This document shows positions 55,104 to 63,405 of a stretch of 64,000 bases of DNA, one piece after another. A program made the translations under genes and the position numbers. The notes under the pieces were generated by a model that saw nothing but the letters and a program-made list of their open reading frames with translations, was not told the DNA's origin and searched no databases. Within the stretch, counting starts at the first letter, position 1. Each line of letters starts with the position of its first letter. The stretch comes from Candidatus Woesearchaeota archaeon. GTDB lineage: Archaea > Nanobdellota > Nanobdellia > Pacearchaeales > GW2011-AR1. The DNA lies in the NCBI GenBank assembly GCA_964576755.1, contig CAZNUV010000003.1, forward strand, positions 30,206-94,205, given 5' to 3'.

Positions 55104-55148
55104 ATGGCAGCAAAAAAGAAAGCAAAAAAGAAAGCAAAAAAGAAATAA
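55104..55148 (+). CDS. Candidate micro-ORF: 14-aa poly-basic peptide MAAKKKAKKKAKKK
   Basis: Perfect SD GGAGGTGAGGGTAACATG with a TATA-like AAATTTAAATAG about 50 nt upstream. Contains a 12-nt unit GCAAAAAAGAAA repeated 3 times. Confidence 0.3.
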   Translation: MAAKKKAKKKAKKK

Positions 55149-55255
55149 ACTTAACCTTATCACAAGGTATTTTTTCTTTTTATTTAATTTTATTTAATTC
55201 TGATTTATATGAAGTTTTTTAAATAGTACTTCTTAAATATATTATATTATGATTT

Positions 55256-55429
55256 GCTCTCATAGTCTAGTGGCCAAGGATACTGCCCTCTCAAGTAGAG
55301 AGTTTGCGTCGATGAGACAATAAACTCAGTCCTCTTAGGACAACTACAATCTCTGAGAAAATTTCAAGAATTTTCTTCGAGGTGATGCAGGGAACGGCAG
55401 AGACCCGGGTTCAAATCCCGGTGAGAGCA
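55256..55429 (+). tRNA. tRNA-Glu (anticodon CUC) with a 101-nt intron at 37/38 (intron 55294..55394)
   Basis: GCTCTCA TA GTCTAGTGGCCAAGGAT A CTGCC CTCTCA | intron | C GGCAG AGAC CCGGG TTCAAAT CCCGG TGAGAGC A. BHB: helix CTCT/AGGG flanked by bulges CAA and AAC. Confidence 0.85.
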
Positions 55430-55431
55430 TT

Positions 55432-55785
55432 TTATCTCTTATAAACTTTCAGAGGTATTTGTTCAGGATTTTTTTCAAAATATTCTTTATTATTTTGGGC
55501 TGCAATATCTTCAAGATCAGCTTCTCCACCTGTTAATGGAATTATTCCTTTAAAATGAGCAACCTTAAAATCAAATTCTGCAGGTTCTTCACGTTCTATT
55601 CTAGCTTTTGAACCAACATAAACAATATAAGGACAAAATTTTACAATATTTTCAGATATATCAATCTCTTGAAGACATCCAATTATAGTACTATGATCTA
55701 CTGGAAAATGTCCAAACCTTCCTTTCCATCTATCATAGGTTGGATGCTTTTTTTCTTCATTATCATTAAGATTAAATCCTACCAT
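55432..55785 (-). CDS. Hypothetical protein (117 aa)
   Basis: Start moved from GTG at 55830 to ATG at 55785. AGATTTATAAA at 55807..55817 lies exactly 21 nt upstream. Confidence 0.5.
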   Translation of the reverse strand: MVGFNLNDNEEKKHPTYDRWKGRFGHFPVDHSTIIGCLQEIDISENIVKFCPYIVYVGSKARIEREEPAEFDFKVAHFKGIIPLTGGEADLEDIAAQNNKEYFEKNPEQIPLKVYKR

Positions 55786-55806
55786 AATTAAACTAAAAAA
55801 TAGGAC

Positions 55807-55817
55807 TTTATAAATCT
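55807..55817 (-). promoter_or_regulatory. TATA box AGATTTATAAA for the 55785 gene
   Basis: Same 11-mer and same 21-nt spacing as 21356, 27018 and 39028. Confidence 0.6.
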
Positions 55818-55919
55818 TACTATTTGTCACTACTATAGAATAGGTTCTTTTTAGTAATCTTAATTATATCTAGTCTGGTGTATAAGAATATTTAAGTATA
55901 AGAATATCTAAAAAAAGAT

Positions 55920-56732
55920 ATGGAAGACTTTTGGGAAGAATCATTTAAAGGTAGTCCTTTTGAAGATTTATTTGGGAAATCTAATAAACCGGGCAGACCT
56001 AAGGAAGATTCTGATTCTGAAAGAACAAAATTATTTAGAACTTTTACAGTAGAAGTTAAAAATAGAAATAGAGAGTATTTAGAATATGCAGTAATTAAAC
56101 ATCAATCAATAGTTTTTGAAAGAAAATCAGATATGTCATTACTACAAGCATATGCTCTAGCTTCATTATTTATTAGGAATATACCTCTTGCATATGAATC
56201 TCTAGAATTAATAGAAAATCCAAATTCTAGACAAAAACAAGCAATGGGAATAATTGCCTATGAACTAGGAAGCTCTTTTGAAACCATAGAACATTTAGGT
56301 AAAATTAAAGACCGGGTTGCACCTGCCAGGATAGTTTATTCCCTAGCATTATATAATTTTTTCCAGGAAAATCCTAATATCCATCAGGAGATTTTACAAC
56401 CACTTCTAGAAAAATCTAGCTTAGCAAATACTATTCTTGGAACTCTTTACTTTAACTCTGAAAATATGAAAGATGCAGAAGTATTTTTTGAGAAAGCGGT
56501 AGAATTAGCACCTAATTCAGAAAGAAACCAATTGAACCTAATGAGAACTAAACTAGCCAATAATAATCTGAGTGATGAAATCTTCTCACACATGAATGAG
56601 TTTTATATTCAAACAGGGTCTACTCTATCTGCTGATGAAATCCAGAAAGAATTAGAAAAAAGAAAGTTGGAGATTCCAAAATTCAAAATAAAAAACTTAT
56701 TTTCTATAGTTTCTAATTTGATAACAGAGTAG
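55920..56732 (+). CDS. TPR-like repeat protein (270 aa)
   Basis: LGTLYFNSENMKDAEVFFEKAVELAPNSERNQLNL is TPR-like. TTTAAGTA box at -29. Confidence 0.5.
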   Translation: MEDFWEESFKGSPFEDLFGKSNKPGRPKEDSDSERTKLFRTFTVEVKNRNREYLEYAVIKHQSIVFERKSDMSLLQAYALASLFIRNIPLAYESLELIENPNSRQKQAMGIIAYELGSSFETIEHLGKIKDRVAPARIVYSLALYNFFQENPNIHQEILQPLLEKSSLANTILGTLYFNSENMKDAEVFFEKAVELAPNSERNQLNLMRTKLANNNLSDEIFSHMNEFYIQTGSTLSADEIQKELEKRKLEIPKFKIKNLFSIVSNLITE

Positions 56733-56746
56733 TTTTCTTAACAATC

Positions 56747-58531
56747 TTATTTAATATAACCGCCTTTCTGAAGATTCCATAATCTCTTATACTGTCCTTG
56801 CTGGTTTATCAATTGTCTATGTGTTCCTTTCTGGACAATCTTTCCCTTCTGCATTACAACAATTATATCTGCCTTCATAATTGTTGAAAGTCTGTGTGCT
56901 ATGATTATTGAAGTTCTACCCTTCATCAGCTTTTCTAAGTCTCGTTGAATCTCGAACTCTGTCTCAGAATCAAGAGAAGATGTAGCTTCATCTAAAACTA
57001 ATACCTTTTTATTAGCAAGAATAGCTCTAGCTATTGAAACTCTTTGTTTTTCTCCACCAGATAGACGGACACCACGCTCTCCTACAATAGTCCTTTCTTT
57101 ATCTGGGAAGTTTTCAATTATTTTATCAAGTTGTGCAAACTTAATTGCTTTTAGAACTTCATCTCTACTTGCTCTTGGATTTGAAAATGCAACATTATTA
57201 TAAATAGAATCGTCAAATAAAACACACTCTTGTGGAACAATAGACATCTCATTTCTCAGAGACTCTTGCTTAAAATCTTTAATATTTATTCCATCAATTA
57301 AAATTTCTCCTTCCTGAACATCATAAAATCTGTATAACAATTTAATAAGACTTGTTTTTCCACATCCAGAATGTCCAACTAAAGCTATTTTCTTGTTTTC
57401 AGGAACCTTTAAACTAAAATTTTCAAATAGTTTTCTCTTTCCATAATTAAAATTAATATTTTTTAGTTCTATTTCTCCTTTTTTAATCTTCAATGTTTTA
57501 GCATCAGACTTATCTTTTATTTCATTTTCTATTTTTGCATACTGGAATAACACTTCAAAATCAGCCATAGACCTATAAAAGTTTCTAATTCCGTGTACAA
57601 ATCCCCACAACGGGCCCATTAAAGTCACAAATACTGTATAGATAAATACAATTGTACCAAGAGTCATTTCTCCAGCTAAAAATGATTTAAGTGGAAAATA
57701 AATCAATAAAAATATTCCAATAGCAATAATCAAACTCTGAACAGAATCAAGCCATCTAAAATAATCCCAATGTCTAATCATTGCATTTTTTGATGTTTCA
57801 CTCAATTTCTTAAATCTTGATTTTATTGATTTTTCTTTTCCAAAATATTTAATTGAATCAATATTTGTAAAAAAATCAGAAACATTTCCCTTTTCTCTAT
57901 CTTCTGCATTAATTGCTTCAATATTTGCCTTTTCTTGGGATTTTTGTACAATAAAACTATAAGAAATAAAAGTGATTATTGTAACAAAAGTTACAAGTGC
58001 AGGTATCCAACTAAAATAAAGTAAAGATACAGATACAACAACTAATTGAAATATTAAAGGAGCAAAATTAAAAATAATCACATCAGTCATTCTTTCTATA
58101 GCTCCCCCGCTTCTTACTAATCTTGAAATTAAACTTCCGGTTTTATTTGTAGTATGGAAATTATGGTCTAAAGATACTAAATGATTGAAAAATTTTCTTT
58201 TTACATCTGCAATCATTCCTGCATCAAGCTTATTTACAAGGTGTATATGGAAAAATTTTAAAATACTTCTTAGGATTATGGCACTTAGATATATGATTGC
58301 GACAACTATTAAGATACTAATAAGAGCTTCAGCTAAAATACTTCCTGCAGCAAATTCTGTTCCTTTATCAACAATTACCTTAAACAAGAATTTATCAAGA
58401 ACATAGCTTGCTTCTACAATTAATATTAAAACTAGCAGGATAAATACTAGGCCCTTATAATTTTTTAAAAATTTAAAGTACAAACTAAGATTATACTTAA
58501 AATCTATTTGTTCTCTTGGTTTTCTTTCCAT
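56747..58531 (-). CDS. ABC exporter, fused permease/ATPase (ABCB/MsbA-like)
   Basis: 6-TM domain, then Walker A GHSGCGKTS, signature LSGGEKQR, Walker B VLVLDEATS, and H-loop IIAHR. Confidence 0.9.
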   Translation of the reverse strand: MERKPREQIDFKYNLSLYFKFLKNYKGLVFILLVLILIVEASYVLDKFLFKVIVDKGTEFAAGSILAEALISILIVVAIIYLSAIILRSILKFFHIHLVNKLDAGMIADVKRKFFNHLVSLDHNFHTTNKTGSLISRLVRSGGAIERMTDVIIFNFAPLIFQLVVVSVSLLYFSWIPALVTFVTIITFISYSFIVQKSQEKANIEAINAEDREKGNVSDFFTNIDSIKYFGKEKSIKSRFKKLSETSKNAMIRHWDYFRWLDSVQSLIIAIGIFLLIYFPLKSFLAGEMTLGTIVFIYTVFVTLMGPLWGFVHGIRNFYRSMADFEVLFQYAKIENEIKDKSDAKTLKIKKGEIELKNINFNYGKRKLFENFSLKVPENKKIALVGHSGCGKTSLIKLLYRFYDVQEGEILIDGINIKDFKQESLRNEMSIVPQECVLFDDSIYNNVAFSNPRASRDEVLKAIKFAQLDKIIENFPDKERTIVGERGVRLSGGEKQRVSIARAILANKKVLVLDEATSSLDSETEFEIQRDLEKLMKGRTSIIIAHRLSTIMKADIIVVMQKGKIVQKGTHRQLINQQGQYKRLWNLQKGGYIK

Positions 58532-58643
58532 TTTTTTTGTTTTTACGTGTTTTAGTGTGTTTTTCCACTGTTTTCTTTTATTTTATGGTTAGGTTTACTC
58601 TGTTTCCATAGTTTTATATATAATATATTCCTCTCAGGAATAG

Positions 58644-58736
58644 ATGGTTAATTTAGATATTAAAGAATCTAATCAGTTTCCAAAAGAAGAACAGCCTGAA
58701 ATAAGTCAGGGGGAGGATCTGGAAAGTGAGGGCTAA
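58644..58736 (+). CDS. Candidate leaderless micro-ORF, 30-aa acidic peptide
   Basis: MVNLDIKESNQFPKEEQPEISQGEDLESEG. TATATATA box at about -29. Confidence 0.2.
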   Translation: MVNLDIKESNQFPKEEQPEISQGEDLESEG

Positions 58737-58787
58737 TTCTAGATAATATTAATAATTAGAAATGTTGGTTTATAAATTTTTGCGTTT

Positions 58788-60827
58788 TTACTCTTTTTTC
58801 TCAGAATTTTGGTTCTTTTGACCATTAATATCGTGTTTTTTATCATGGATTTTTTCAATATCCATTCTATGGAGCAGGTCAGCAAGTCTTTCTTTATTTG
58901 CTTCTTGGTCTTTAACTTGGATTATCTCAAAGAATTTAGTAGCATCACTAGAAGGAATTTCTTTTACATCTATAGCTCTTAATAGTTTTTTTCTTACATT
59001 ATCTGAAACAAGAATTTTTGATTTATTAGAGTCAGATAATTTTTTTGCAAGACTTATAGTTTTACCAAGACCAGTATACTTTAATTTTCCATTTTCAATA
59101 TTTGCTACAAGGTCTCCAGAGTTTATTCCAATATTAAACTCAATCTTATCCATGAATTTTTTGTTATGTTCTAAAAGACTCTTATACAAATTAAATCCTA
59201 CTCTTGTTGCAATAATCTCATTTTTAAAAGTTCTAGTTACAACTGGAGAGAAAATTATTAGGATATAGTGTCCCTTAAAATCTACAACCCCTTTCTTTTC
59301 TTTAATTGTTCCTAATAATTTTAATAGTTCTTGTTTTGCATTATTTTTCAAGGTTTCTGAATTTAATACTTTAAGAGAAATAACTGCTGAATTTTCTTTT
59401 TCTCCTTTTAAAACAATACTGGATTCTGCATTACCTTTTCCAATAATAGGACTACTTCCTAAAACAGGAGTTTTGTCTTCTTTTAATTCTACTCCTTTAA
59501 ATTTATCTTTTAACTTAACTGTCCTTCTTCTAAATCTTATTAATAACCAGGTTCCAACCAATGCAAGTAAAATAATTATAAACACCCATATAAACATTAA
59601 ATTCTTAAAAGGGTTCAAGGTTCTTAATTCGTTAATTGATATTGCATTTCCAGTTAATAGGACTGACTTTTCTGCAATATTTGAACCATCACTTGCTACA
59701 ATGCTATATTCTCCTTGAGGGGCCTTTAATTTAAACCTCTTTTCTTCTCCAATTTTTAAATCTAATTCTACTGTTTCAACTTGGTCCCCGATGGTTATTT
59801 CAATTAATTGATTGTACCTTGAATTTCCAACATTTCTTATAACTAATATGGAATCAATAAATTCAAAATCTATTTTTTGTATTTCTTGTAATCTAAAAGT
59901 TTTAGATTCAGATATATCCTTATATTCTGCATTAATTATCCACTCCCCTGCAGTATCTGTAGTTTCAAAATTAACATGAGTTATTTCTCCTGATTTAACT
60001 GAGATTTCTTTTTTAACATTTTTTGGAGAAGTTACTGTTGCATAAATAGTGTCATAAATTTTTTCTTTTGATTGATCAAATAAATCTAAACCAACTGCAA
60101 GCTCTTCTTCAGGGCTTAATTCTAAACTAGAAAGACTGATATCAATAGATGTAGGTATTTGATTAACTTTGTAGGTGGTATTTATTGTTCCTTGATTTCT
60201 AATCTTATTATTTTCTCCCCTATCATAAACAGCAATGATTAAAACATTCGTACCTGCTTTTCTTGTTGCTGAAATTTGGAACTCTATATTGGCAATTCCT
60301 TTTTCAATTGCTTGAGTTAAATCATCTGATCCTGAAATTTCTATAAAACCATCTAATAACTGTCCGTTTGCCTTTGTTGCCTCCACAGTTAAAATTGCCT
60401 TATCTCCAGGGTTATAATTCTCTTTATTGAGTTTTGTTTTAATTAAAATTTCATCAGTGATAGTAAATGTTTTTGTATCAGCTTCTTCATCTCCAAGTGA
60501 TGCAGATACATAGCAATTTCCAGACATTTCACCAATAGTATCTTTTAAAATTGGGATATAATTTGAATAAGAGTGTTTTTCATTTGCAGGAAAACCTTCT
60601 TCATTTGCAGGAATTTTATAAATATTAATTTTTTCAGGTCCGCAAATTAAATCTACTTCAAAAAATCCATAAACAGAACTTGGAAGAATAGTAACAACAA
60701 AATTTAATTTGTCTCCAAAATTATAAACGTCTTTTGGTTCAGAAATTTCTATTTTTGCAAAAACCATCGGACATATTAATAAGAATATTCCGAACAGAAA
60801 AAATAAGGACAATAGACGTGTTTTCAT
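58788..60827 (-). CDS. Receptor-like membrane protein: signal peptide, ~400-aa beta-rich ectodomain, one TM helix, and a cytosolic degenerate class III cyclase-homology domain
   Basis: C-terminal IGINSGDLVANIENGKLKYTGLGKTISLAKKLSDSNKSKILVSDNVRKKL aligns by eye with the IGxHxGxVxxGxxG...YxxxGDxVNxAxRxES...IxVS core. The metal-binding Asp positions are not conserved. Confidence 0.55.
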   Translation of the reverse strand: MKTRLLSLFFLFGIFLLICPMVFAKIEISEPKDVYNFGDKLNFVVTILPSSVYGFFEVDLICGPEKINIYKIPANEEGFPANEKHSYSNYIPILKDTIGEMSGNCYVSASLGDEEADTKTFTITDEILIKTKLNKENYNPGDKAILTVEATKANGQLLDGFIEISGSDDLTQAIEKGIANIEFQISATRKAGTNVLIIAVYDRGENNKIRNQGTINTTYKVNQIPTSIDISLSSLELSPEEELAVGLDLFDQSKEKIYDTIYATVTSPKNVKKEISVKSGEITHVNFETTDTAGEWIINAEYKDISESKTFRLQEIQKIDFEFIDSILVIRNVGNSRYNQLIEITIGDQVETVELDLKIGEEKRFKLKAPQGEYSIVASDGSNIAEKSVLLTGNAISINELRTLNPFKNLMFIWVFIIILLALVGTWLLIRFRRRTVKLKDKFKGVELKEDKTPVLGSSPIIGKGNAESSIVLKGEKENSAVISLKVLNSETLKNNAKQELLKLLGTIKEKKGVVDFKGHYILIIFSPVVTRTFKNEIIATRVGFNLYKSLLEHNKKFMDKIEFNIGINSGDLVANIENGKLKYTGLGKTISLAKKLSDSNKSKILVSDNVRKKLLRAIDVKEIPSSDATKFFEIIQVKDQEANKERLADLLHRMDIEKIHDKKHDINGQKNQNSEKKE

Positions 60828-60944
60828 ATTGTTTATACACTTTTTTAGTATTTAAACATTATTATAAAAACAGGAAAAATTACCTCCCAATTACTCTGAG
60901 ATAAACATCAACAGTTTTATAAATATTCTAAGCCTGGATAATTT

Positions 60945-62081
60945 ATGAAAAATAAGAAAAAAACTGGTGACATGAAAGTGACTCCTTGGGAAGTTTCTGG
61001 AGATATAAATTATGATAAGATTATTAAGAAATTTGGAGTTCAGGAGATAGATGATAAACTTTTAACAAGAATTCAAAAACATACAAAAGACCTGCATTTT
61101 ATGCTTAAAAGAAAGGTATTTTTTGCACATAGAGACTTAAATTGGCTGTTAGATGAATATGAAAAAGGAAATAAGTTTTTCCTTTATACTGGTTGTGGGC
61201 CTTCAGGACCTATTCATTTAGGGCATTTAACTACTTGGATTTTTACAAAATGGTTACAAGATACTTTTGGAGTAGAATTATGGTTTCAATTTACAGATGA
61301 TGAAAAGTTTTTATTTAAAAATCAGTCTTATGAAGAAATCCAAAAATGGATGTATGAAAATATGTTAGATATTATTGCACTTGGTTTTGACCCTAAAAAA
61401 ACACATTTTATAATTGATACAAAACATGCTAACTTAATTTACCCAGAAGCAATCAAAGTTGCTAAAAAAATAAGTTATTCAATGGTACGTGCTGCTTTTG
61501 GATTAAAAGAAGACACAAATATTGGTAGTATTTTTTATACATCAATGCAGGCTGTGCCTGCATTTTTGCCTAGCATTCTAAAGAAAAAGAATATTCCTTG
61601 TTTAATTCCACATGCAATTGATCAGGATCCACACTTTAGACTTACTAGAGATATTTTACCAAAATTAGGATATTATAAACCTGCCTCAATACAAGATTCA
61701 TTTTTACCTCCATTAACTGGTGTTAAAGGAAAAATGTCTTCAACAGAATCCCACATTGCTATTCTAACTACAGACACTCCAAAAGAGGTTGAACATAAAA
61801 TTAAAAAATATGCTTTTTCAGGTGGCAAAGATACGCTAGAGGAGCATAGAAAACATGGAGGAAACCCAGATATTGATGTTTCATTTCAATATTTGAGAAT
61901 GTTATTTGAACCAGATGATTTAAAACTTGCAAAAATTGAACAAGACTATCGCTCTGGAGAACTTTTATCAGGACAATTAAAAGAAATTTTAATAAAAAAG
62001 ATTAATGCTTTTTTAGCACATCATCAAAAAGAAAGACAAAAAGCTAAAAAAACGATTGATAAGTTTATTTTAAAGATTTAA
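60945..62081 (+). CDS. trpS: Tryptophanyl-tRNA synthetase, archaeal/eukaryotic type
   Basis: VTPWEVSG..INYDKIIKKFG, YTGCGPSGPIHLGHL, KMSSTE. AGTTTTATAAA box lies 21 nt upstream. Confidence 0.88.
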   Translation: MKNKKKTGDMKVTPWEVSGDINYDKIIKKFGVQEIDDKLLTRIQKHTKDLHFMLKRKVFFAHRDLNWLLDEYEKGNKFFLYTGCGPSGPIHLGHLTTWIFTKWLQDTFGVELWFQFTDDEKFLFKNQSYEEIQKWMYENMLDIIALGFDPKKTHFIIDTKHANLIYPEAIKVAKKISYSMVRAAFGLKEDTNIGSIFYTSMQAVPAFLPSILKKKNIPCLIPHAIDQDPHFRLTRDILPKLGYYKPASIQDSFLPPLTGVKGKMSSTESHIAILTTDTPKEVEHKIKKYAFSGGKDTLEEHRKHGGNPDIDVSFQYLRMLFEPDDLKLAKIEQDYRSGELLSGQLKEILIKKINAFLAHHQKERQKAKKTIDKFILKI

Positions 62082-62109
62082 AATTAGTAAGATAATCATT
62101 TTAAGAAAA

Positions 62110-62706
62110 CTAAACTGTGAGATATTTTTTTCTAGAAATTTTTGATTTTTCCCAGATTTCTAGGGCCTTAAAATGGTAAGGAATCTTAAAAATTTTTCTG
62201 TAGTCTAAACTTAATTGGTTTAAATTAATTTTATGAAATCCAGCAAGATCTGCAAAAATTTCTTTATCACTATCTTCATCTCCAGTTCTAATATCTTCTG
62301 GCCTAATTAAACGATTACTTCTATCTTTTATGTCTAGTATTAATAAATCTGAGTTATTAGTATACTGAATAAGATGACCTATTTCATGTCCAAGAATAAA
62401 ATTGTTTAGATTAACATTTTTTTGATTTTCTTGAGAAATGTGGATGTGAGTTTCTCCGAAAAAAGGATTTTTATAACTACAGATCGCTCCTAAAGATATT
62501 TTAGATTTTAAAATGGCTGGACTAAGATATTTTGAAGATTGATCAGCATTTTTTATATTTAAGGTCCCATAACGGGCCCTTAACTTTATTAAATGTACAA
62601 ATAAGTTATCCACATCTTGATGATAGTAAATACTAACATCTTCTGAAACAGGAATCTTTAAACCTTCCATACCTTTTAATGTAATTAATTTTTTTCTCAC
62701 CTTCAT
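62110..62706 (-). CDS. HExxH protein (putative Zn-metallopeptidase, family unassigned), paralog of 63402..>64000
   Basis: GHEIGHLIQY. Shares IP....V..(Y/H)Y, R.NRL.R, E..AD..G.H and FK..IW.KSKI blocks with its paralog. Lies 3 nt after the lysozyme stop. Confidence 0.5.
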   Translation of the reverse strand: MKVRKKLITLKGMEGLKIPVSEDVSIYYHQDVDNLFVHLIKLRARYGTLNIKNADQSSKYLSPAILKSKISLGAICSYKNPFFGETHIHISQENQKNVNLNNFILGHEIGHLIQYTNNSDLLILDIKDRSNRLIRPEDIRTGDEDSDKEIFADLAGFHKINLNQLSLDYRKIFKIPYHFKALEIWEKSKISRKKYLTV

Positions 62707-62709
62707 TTT

Positions 62710-63405
62710 CTAATTCTTAACTCTGTATTTTATATCTTTAGAGAGATTTTTAACCCAAGGTCTAAGTTCTAATCCAGCATTATTAATACTACCAATTTTT
62801 TCTACAAGTCTTTCAGCCCTGTTATGGTGTGGCCCTCTATAAAAATCAGAGTCTTCTATTTCAACAGCCGCCCAGTCATAATCTTCATCTATAAGGGCTT
62901 GTTTATATTTTTTAAAACTCTTAAGGCCCTTGTAACCCATGCAAAAAGACATATTGACAAGAACTTCTTGTGCACGAGAGTCTAATTCTTCATAATCTTT
63001 TTTACTTACAAATTTTTGTGCATCTCTAATTGCATTATAAATATTTTGATCAAGAGTATATGCAATTTGATTTTCTGTTAGATTTGTCTCACCATTATAG
63101 ATTTTTTTAAAATCTGCTCCTGATTCTTCTATTAATTTTCTTGCAAGTGGATTTCCTTGAAGATTAAGTCCAACTCCAATAGTTCTATTTCCTATTGCTC
63201 TATCTCCAGGATAAAGTCTTTTTCCTGTTGCATCATCATAAACCCAATCTCTTTTTCCTTCATCGATTGTAAGTGTTTTTACAAGATTATTATGAACTTG
63301 CTGGGAATTTAATTTTTGTCTTTCAGGCATTTCACATTTAAAGAGTGCTGCTGCACTTATTCCTGCAATTGCCAATGCTGTTAAAATTTTTTTTCCTGGT
63401 TTCAT
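62710..63405 (-). CDS. T4-type lysozyme (GH24 muramidase) with an N-terminal signal/anchor sequence
   Basis: Start set at ATG 63405 (ATGA overlap with the upstream stop, SD AGGGAGAG). MKPGKKILTALAIAGISAAALF, then LTIDEGKRDWVYDDATGK..RTIGVGLNL and LDSRAQEVLVNMSFCMG...YDWAAVEI...NRAERLV, colinear with T4 lysozyme including the E11/D20/T26 equivalents. Confidence 0.8.
   Translation of the reverse strand: MKPGKKILTALAIAGISAAALFKCEMPERQKLNSQQVHNNLVKTLTIDEGKRDWVYDDATGKRLYPGDRAIGNRTIGVGLNLQGNPLARKLIEESGADFKKIYNGETNLTENQIAYTLDQNIYNAIRDAQKFVSKKDYEELDSRAQEVLVNMSFCMGYKGLKSFKKYKQALIDEDYDWAAVEIEDSDFYRGPHHNRAERLVEKIGSINNAGLELRPWVKNLSKDIKYRVKN

Noticed and set aside
55107-55145. 12-nt tandem repeat (GCAAAAAAGAAA x3) considered as a microsatellite or regulatory repeat
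   Set aside because: It coincides exactly with codons of the SD-preceded micro-ORF (AKKK x3). It is kept as a low-confidence coding candidate instead.
55294-55394. Box C/D-like motifs in the tRNA-Glu intron (CGATGAG, CTGA, GTGATGC)
   Set aside because: The boxes deviate from RUGAUGA at key positions. The spacings do not fit C-12nt-D'/C'-12nt-D. No terminal stem brings C and D together, and the would-be guide has no obvious complement in the tRNA. This is not enough for a call.
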